A stretch of DNA of 64,000 bases from an uncultured Verrucomicrobiae bacterium (GTDB lineage: Bacteria; Verrucomicrobiota; Verrucomicrobiia; Limisphaerales; Palsa-1400). Position 1 is the stretch's first letter. Every line of letters starts with the position of its first letter. Below are positions 56,857 through 64,000 of the stretch, in pieces. A program made the translations under genes and the position numbers. The notes under the pieces are model-generated. The model worked only from the letters and a program-made list of their open reading frames with translations. It made no database searches and was not told where the DNA came from. The stretch spans positions 1,696,001-1,760,000 of the forward strand of contig OY969763.1 in NCBI GenBank assembly GCA_963702845.1, given 5' to 3'.

Positions 56857-57815
56857 ATCTACGCACCATCAAACGGAATATCCCCTTCGCGGCCACCGCC
56901 GTCGTGGCTCTGATTCTATATCTGGCCGCCGGCCTGCATTTTCACGGCTTCATGTCGATGGGCGTGTTTAAAAATTTCTTTTCCGACAATTCGTTCCTCG
57001 GCATCGCCTCAATCGGGATGACGTTCGTGATCCTGTCGGGCGGCATCGATCTTTCGGTCGGCGCCATTGTCGGCCTGAGCAGCGTCGTCATCGCGATGAT
57101 GATGGAAACGCACCACGTCAGCCCGGTGCTCTCGGTCGTGACCGTCCTCGGAGTCGGCGTCGTCCTTGGAACGATCATGGGCGCACTGATTCAACTGTTC
57201 GCACTGCCTCCGTTCCTCGTCACCTTGGCTGGAATGTTTTTTGCGCGTGGGCTTGGTCTCGTTCTCCAACCCGAATCAATCACCATCAACAGCTACGATT
57301 CGTTGCTGGCGCACTGGTCATTGCCATTGCCGCTCACCGCTGTGATTTATCTCGCGATGTTCGTCGTTGCCCTGGTCATTGCTCATTTCACCAAATTTGG
57401 CCGAAACGTTTATGCCATCGGCGGCAACGAGCAATCCGCCATGCTCATGGGCTTGCCCGTCGGTCGTACCAAAATCAGTGTCTATGCGTTTAGCGGTTTT
57501 TGCTCTGCGTTGGCGGGCATTGTTTACACGCTCTACAGCCCCTCCGGTTACGCGCGCGCTGCGGATGGTCTCGAACTCGACGCCATCGCCGCCGTCGTAA
57601 TTGGTGGCACGTTGCTCACCGGTGGCGTGGGATTCGTCGCTGGCACTTTTCTTGGCGTCCTGATTTTTGGAATCATTCAGAGCGCAATTATTTTCCAGGG
57701 AACTCTGAGCTCGTGGTGGACCCGTATTGCTGTCGGCGTGCTTCTGCTAGTGTTTATCCTCCTCCAAAAAGCGCTCCAGCTAAAACGCTTCACAATTAAG
57801 GCGGTGTCCAAATGA
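56853..57815 (+). CDS. yjfF: Sugar ABC permease (YjfF-like)
   Basis: GGIDLSVG; ELDAIAAVVIGGTLLTGG; SSWWTRI. Confidence 0.85.
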   Translation: MNLRTIKRNIPFAATAVVALILYLAAGLHFHGFMSMGVFKNFFSDNSFLGIASIGMTFVILSGGIDLSVGAIVGLSSVVIAMMMETHHVSPVLSVVTVLGVGVVLGTIMGALIQLFALPPFLVTLAGMFFARGLGLVLQPESITINSYDSLLAHWSLPLPLTAVIYLAMFVVALVIAHFTKFGRNVYAIGGNEQSAMLMGLPVGRTKISVYAFSGFCSALAGIVYTLYSPSGYARAADGLELDAIAAVVIGGTLLTGGVGFVAGTFLGVLIFGIIQSAIIFQGTLSSWWTRIAVGVLLLVFILLQKALQLKRFTIKAVSK

Positions 57816-59026
57816 AAACACGAATCGCTCTCTGTTTCCTGTTTGCGACGGTGATCGCGGCACTCGCGTTGCCGCCCGTTTCCGAACTGCCGGCGCGCTC
57901 TGAACTGCCTGATGCTTTGACGATGTTCGACGGGACGAAAGTGACTTCGAAAAGTGCGTGGCTGAAAAAACGCCGTCCTGAACTGAAGGACTTATTTCAG
58001 CATTACGAATACGGCCAGCTCCCGGCTCCGCGAAAGATCACGTCGCATGTCGAACTAACCGACACCAACTGCTTCGGTGGCAAAGCGACATTGAAGTTGG
58101 TGACCATTCGTTTCGGCCAACCCGAACCGCACATCGACCTGATGGTGGTAACGCCGAATCACAATCGCAAACCCGCCCCTGTGTTTCTCGGCATGAACTT
58201 CAGCGGCAATTTTGGGCTCGTCACAAATACATACGTGCCACTCCCGCGTGGTTCGATCCGTGGCAAAGTTCCAGTAGAAGAGAACCGTGGGAAGTACGTC
58301 GACGTTTGGGCCATCGAACAATCGATCGATCGCGGTTATGCTGTGGCAACACTTTTTTGTAACGACGTCGAACCAGACGAGAAAGATCCTACGAATGGCG
58401 TTAGAGAACTGGTATTCGATCAAAACACCGGCACGATCGCCGCATGGGCCTGGGGGCTGCATCGTTGTGTCGATTATCTCGTCACCAACCAGCAAATCGA
58501 CAAACATCGCATCTTCGTCGTGGGCCATTCACGGCTCGGCAAAACAGCGATTGTCGCCGCCGCGTTTGATGATCGCATCGCCATGGCAATCCCATTGCAA
58601 TCCGGAACAGGCGGCGGCGCTCCGAGCCGAGGCAACAAGCAATCGGAATCGGTCACGCGGATAAACACAACGTTTCCTCATTGGTTCAATGCGGAGTTTA
58701 AGAAGTTCAACGATCAACCGGAACGTCTGCCGTTCGAGCAGCATTGTTTGATCGCGTTGTGCGCGCCGCGTCCGGTGTTGGTGAGTTGTGCCGCTGGAGA
58801 CCTTTGGGCAAATCCCGTTGGCCAGTTTGAAATGGTCAAAGCCGCCGACAAAGTTTATCGGCTCCTCGGCACCGACGGCTTCGTCGCGACGAAAATGCCC
58901 GAGATGAACCGCGTCATCGACAGCACACTTGGTTATTTCATTCGTCCCGGAAAACATTCGATGACCAAACTCGATTGGAACGCGTTCCTGGACTACGCCG
59001 ATAAACACTTTGGTAAGCCAAAATAA
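57812..59026 (+). CDS. CE15 glucuronoyl-esterase-like hydrolase
   Basis: AWAWG; GHSRLGK; APRP; DLWANP. Confidence 0.85.
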   Translation: MKTRIALCFLFATVIAALALPPVSELPARSELPDALTMFDGTKVTSKSAWLKKRRPELKDLFQHYEYGQLPAPRKITSHVELTDTNCFGGKATLKLVTIRFGQPEPHIDLMVVTPNHNRKPAPVFLGMNFSGNFGLVTNTYVPLPRGSIRGKVPVEENRGKYVDVWAIEQSIDRGYAVATLFCNDVEPDEKDPTNGVRELVFDQNTGTIAAWAWGLHRCVDYLVTNQQIDKHRIFVVGHSRLGKTAIVAAAFDDRIAMAIPLQSGTGGGAPSRGNKQSESVTRINTTFPHWFNAEFKKFNDQPERLPFEQHCLIALCAPRPVLVSCAAGDLWANPVGQFEMVKAADKVYRLLGTDGFVATKMPEMNRVIDSTLGYFIRPGKHSMTKLDWNAFLDYADKHFGKPK

Positions 59027-59152
59027 GGACGAACGCATGGTATTAGCATTCATAATCCGGGCGAAGTTTCTCTTATACCTGACCAAGTTCATTGACGTAT
59101 GAGCGAATGCATAATTAGATTCCCTCACACTGATTTCGATCGGTAAGAAGAA

Positions 59153-59867
59153 ATGATAAACTTTTTGCGCAACCTATTTTGCTCGTCGCTCGGCAAGAAG
59201 TACATCATGTCGATCACCGGCTTCGCGCTTGTTGGCTTCGTGGTCGCTCACATGATAGGCAATCTTCAGGTATTCCTTGGAGCGGAAGCGATCAATCGAT
59301 ACGGACATTTTCTACAGAGCAACGTGGAACTGTTGTGGCCCGCGCGGATTTCGCTAATCGTGATTGTCTTGCTCCACATCTGGTCGGCGTCGCGATTGAC
59401 CATTGAAAATCGCGCCGCGCGTCCGGTCGGTTATGCTGAATGGAATCCGACCGTCGCAAGCTACGCATCGCGCACGATGATGATGACCGGTTTGATCGTC
59501 GCCGTTTTTCGTCATTTACCACATTCTCCATTTCACGGTGATGGTACAGGCGGTGAACCTGCTGCATAACCACAGCGATTTCGCGCACGATCCATATTTT
59601 GTCGATGCCCAAGGTCGTCACGATATTTATCGAATGATGGTCGTCGGGTTCCGCCAACCGCTGGTTGCGTTGTTTTACATCATCGCCGTTGGCTTGCTTT
59701 GCCTACATCTGAGTCACGGCATTTCTGCGATGTTTCAATCGCTCGGCTGGAAGAAGCGCGCCTACGCACGCTTCCTCGACAATGCGGCGCAAAGTTGCGG
59801 CATGGATTTTGTTCCTCGGTTACATCTCCATCCCTTTTTCGATTTTAGTGCTCCATTTCGGAGGTGA
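59153..59867 (+). CDS. sdhC: Succinate dehydrogenase cytochrome b subunit (frameshifted as given)
   Basis: GKKYIMSITG; HMIGNL; LHLSHG..FQSLG split over two frames. Confidence 0.85.
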
Positions 59868-59873
59868 CGTGCC

Positions 59874-61786
59874 ATGAAGCTTGATTCAAAAATTCCCGCC
59901 GGTCCGCTCGCTCAAAAATGGGATAAGCATAAATTTGATCTCAAGCTGGTAAACCCGGCGAACAAGCGGAAGTTCGACATCATCGTCGTCGGGACTGGTT
60001 TGGCTGGAGCTTCCGCCGCGGCGACGCTCGCGGAACTTGGCTACAACGTAAAAGCGTTTTGCTATCAGGACAGCCCTCGCCGCGCGCATAGCATCGCGGC
60101 ACAGGGCGGTATCAATGCCGCCAAGAATTACCAGAACGACGGCGACATCATTTACCGGCTTTTCTACGACACAATTAAAGGTGGTGACTTCCGCGCCCGT
60201 GAAGCGAACGTCTACCGTCTGGCGCAAGTCAGCGTCAACATTATCGACCAGTGCGTCGCGCAGGGCGTTCCGTTTGCGCGGGAATACGGAGGGTTCTTGG
60301 CGAATCGTTCTTTCGGTGGTGCACAGGTCTCGCGCACGTTCTACGCGCGCGGCCAAACTGGCCAACAACTTTTGCTCGGAGCGTATCAAGCTCTTTGTCG
60401 TCAAATTGGCGCGGGCAAAGTGAAGATGTATCCGCGCACCGAGATGCTGGATCTGGTGCTCGTCAACGGTCATGCCAAAGGCATCGTCGTTCGCGACATG
60501 GTTACTGGTGAGATTTCGTCGCACGCAGCCGATGCGGTCGTTTTGGCGACCGGCGGTTACGGAAACGTTTTTTATCTTTCGACAAACGCCAAAGGCTGCA
60601 ACGCCACAGCAATCTGGCGCGCCTACAAAAAAGGCGCCGCGTTTGCGAATCCCTGCTACACGCAGATTCATCCAACCTGCATTCCAGTCAGCGGCGATCA
60701 TCAATCGAAACTGACGTTGATGTCCGAGTCGTTGCGTAACGACGGTCGGGTTTGGGTTTCGAAGAAAAAGGGTGACACGCGAACGGCAGATCAGATTCCG
60801 GAAGACGAGCGCGATTATTTTCTCGAACGCAAATACCCGAGCTTCGGCAATCTCGCGCCTCGCGATATTTCTTCACGCGCTGCCAAAGAAGTTTGTGATG
60901 AGGGCAGGGGAGTTGGTCCAGGTGGACGCGGCGTTTATCTCGATTTTGCAGACGCGATCAAACGGATCGGCGAACAGGCTGTGCGCGAACGTTACGGCAA
61001 TCTTTTCGAAATGTATGAAAAGATCACCGGCGAAGATGCATACAAAATTCCGATGCGCATCTATCCCGCGGTCCACTACACCATGGGTGGTCTTTGGGTG
61101 GATTACAATTTGATGAGCAGCATTCCCGGGTTGCTTCGTTCTCGGCGAAGCGAACTTCTCCGATCACGGTGCAAACCGTCTCGGTGCAAGCGCACTGATG
61201 CAAGGCTTGCCGACGGTTACTTTGTTTTGCCATATACGATTGGTGATTATTTCGCGACGGCGAAGCAGCCGAAGCCCAAAACCGATTCCGCAGAGTTCAA
61301 ACAGGCGGTTCAACAGGCGACCGATTTGACGAAGAAGATGCTGTCGATCAACGGCAAACGGACGGTTAATTCCTTCCATAAAGAACTCGGCACTCTGATG
61401 TGGGAAAACTGCGGGATGGCGCGAACTGAGAAGAGCCTCAAAGAAGCGCTGCAAAAAATTCCGGCGTTGCGAGAAGAATTTTGGAAGAACGTGAAGGTTG
61501 CTGGTTCGAGCGACGAATTGAACCAGAACCTCGAACACGCCGCCCGAGTGGCGGACTTCCTCGAGTTCGCCGAACTGCTATGTACCGATGCGCTGAATCG
61601 CAATGAATCCTGTGGCGGCCACTTTCGTTCCGAGTATCAGACCGAAGAGGGCGAAGCCAAACGCGACGACCAGAACTACGCATATGTTGCCGCGTGGGAA
61701 TATGCTGGGCCAGGTAAAGCCCCGATCTTGAACAAAGAACCGCTGGTGTACGAAGAAGTGCACATGAGCACGCGGAGCTATAAGTA

Positions 61787-61787
<1 letters not shown>
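59874..61787 (+). CDS. sdhA: Succinate dehydrogenase/fumarate reductase flavoprotein
   Basis: [25 protein letters not shown]; compensating indels at about 61135-61207. Confidence 0.95.
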
Positions 61788-62564
<777 letters not shown>

Positions 62565-62570
62565 TTCAGC

Positions 62571-62768
62571 TCAGCGGGTTAAAAGACCGTCGGCTTCCAT
62601 TTGGCGGACGAGATCCTTTTCCGCCATTACCCAATCGTCCAGCGTCAACGTCTCGGTATCGAGTTTGTCGCGGTACAGTTCGAACGCGTGCTGGCGGACC
62701 TGCCCTGCAGTGATCCCTGGTGTGAACGGTTTAGGTTGAGGAATACCTTTTTGTTCGGATTTTTTCAT
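62571..62768 (-). CDS. Small conserved protein (DUF2934-like)
   Basis: VRQHAFELY..DWVMAEKDL. Confidence 0.6.
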   Translation of the reverse strand: MKKSEQKGIPQPKPFTPGITAGQVRQHAFELYRDKLDTETLTLDDWVMAEKDLVRQMEADGLLTR

Positions 62769-62779
62769 ACCTGGACCTT

Positions 62780-63247
62780 TCATGAAAAACATACCCCCGT
62801 GCCGAAGCTTTGCAACCGCCACTTATTGTCCGCTCCAAGACATAAAAGGCGGAAGGTTACGCACGATCCCAAAAACGACCACGACAACCAGCAGCATCCA
62901 AAGCCAGTATGCGGGAGGTTGATGGATTTGCCGGTTACCTTAAGAATTCCTATCCAAGCGAACACAGGCAGCAGCACGATATACAATGGGTTGAGATGAA
63001 AAGCATTGGTCAGGTTTCCGTGTAACAGTTGATGCGTTGCGCGCAAACAACCGCACGCGGAACAAGACCAACCTGTCAGATGCTTGAATGTGCAGCCCGG
63101 GTAAAAACTGGAATGTTGCGGGTCGAATGCGAACAAAACGATCGCAGCGCCTATAAGTGGCAGTGCCGCAAGCCACACAAGCCGCCTCGCATTGTTAGAG
63201 GTCTGACTGGATTCGATCTCGGGCGGAGCTAATGGTTCAGCGCTCAT
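62780..63247 (-). CDS. DUF2752-like membrane protein
   Basis: CTFKHLTGWSCSACGCLRA..LLHG..AFHLNPL. Confidence 0.75.
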   Translation of the reverse strand: MSAEPLAPPEIESSQTSNNARRLVWLAALPLIGAAIVLFAFDPQHSSFYPGCTFKHLTGWSCSACGCLRATHQLLHGNLTNAFHLNPLYIVLLPVFAWIGILKVTGKSINLPHTGFGCCWLSWSFLGSCVTFRLLCLGADNKWRLQSFGTGVCFS

Positions 63248-63271
63248 ACGTTCCGAGGCTCCCTTCGGATT

Positions 63272-64000
63272 CTACGAAGCGAGGTCCTTCAATTTTTGCA
63301 GTGCCTTGCCGCTGTCGATAATGTCGGCGGCGTATTCCCAGCCGACAGCAACTGACTTGGTTTTGCCGGCCACAAACAGAGCCGCTGCGGCATTCAAGAG
63401 AACGGCATCACGCTTCGGTCCGCGTTCATCCCCTCGGAATAAGCGTCGGATAATCTCCGCATTGGCAGTGCGGTCGCTACCGGCGAGGTCTTCCAATGTC
63501 GCAGGTTGGAGCGGGAGTTCGTCATGCGCCATAATCGAAGACGAGAAACCGCGTTCGTGATAAAATTCGGCGATGACGTTGTCACCAAGCGTGGAGAGTT
63601 CGTCGAGGTAAAACGACTTGAACTCACCAACGCGAATTCCGCCGGAAACAACCATTCCACGTCGTATGCCAAGAGTCTGTAACACGCGCGCCATCGGTTC
63701 GCACAATCCTGGTTGCGGGACGCCGATGAGTTGCGCAGTCGGGCGAGCAGGGTTTAGGAGCGGCCCGAGAAAATTAAAAATCGTGCGCTGACCTTTTTCG
63801 CCGCACAGTTTTCGAACCTGAGCAATGTTCTTGAAGGCCGGGTGATAGTTTGGCGCGAAGAAGAATGCAAAATGATGTTCGCGCAATGCTTGTGCGGCTG
63901 TTTCGGGTTGGTGATCGACTTTGACACCGAGGGCTTCCAGGACATCAGCGCTCCCACATTGCGAGGTGATGGCGCGATTGCCGTGCTTGGCCACCGGCAC
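63272..64000 (-). CDS. trpD: Anthranilate phosphoribosyltransferase (5' partial)
   Basis: VAKHGNR..GSADVLEALG; RTIFNFLGPLLNP; LDELS; NAAAAL. Confidence 0.95.
   Translation of the reverse strand: MPVAKHGNRAITSQCGSADVLEALGVKVDHQPETAAQALREHHFAFFFAPNYHPAFKNIAQVRKLCGEKGQRTIFNFLGPLLNPARPTAQLIGVPQPGLCEPMARVLQTLGIRRGMVVSGGIRVGEFKSFYLDELSTLGDNVIAEFYHERGFSSSIMAHDELPLQPATLEDLAGSDRTANAEIIRRLFRGDERGPKRDAVLLNAAAALFVAGKTKSVAVGWEYAADIIDSGKALQKLKDLAS

Overview
Positions 1-45473 look like the right part of a large integrated element. It ends in a 23-bp copy of the tmRNA (ssrA) 3' end, and its left end and integrase lie outside the window. Its core is a prophage-like backbone: XRE repressor, Xis-like HTH, resolvase, PD-(D/E)XK nuclease, Pif1-like helicase, primase-SF3 helicase, TerS/TerL, portal, scaffold, major capsid and a head-completion protein, with no recognisable tail or lysin genes. 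Two zones of integron-type cassettes sit at 3.3-8.9 kb and between terL and portal (21-36 kb). There is no intI in the window and no single attI. Instead about 15 copies of a non-palindromic attI-like module, in two related families, each head their own 1-3 cassettes. Family A carries a sigma70-like promoter, a 19-codon leader ORF and, in six copies, a phosphoketolase 3' fragment. An IS1111-type IS110 element interrupts one attC. Right of 45.5 kb is ordinary chromosome: S41 peptidase, methyltransferase, radical SAM, NUDIX, beta-helix protein, sugar ABC transporter, CE15-like esterase, sdhCAB with indels that look like sequencing errors, and trpD. Gene content and style suggest Verrucomicrobiota (inference). 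All family assignments are by-eye motif recognition, not database hits.
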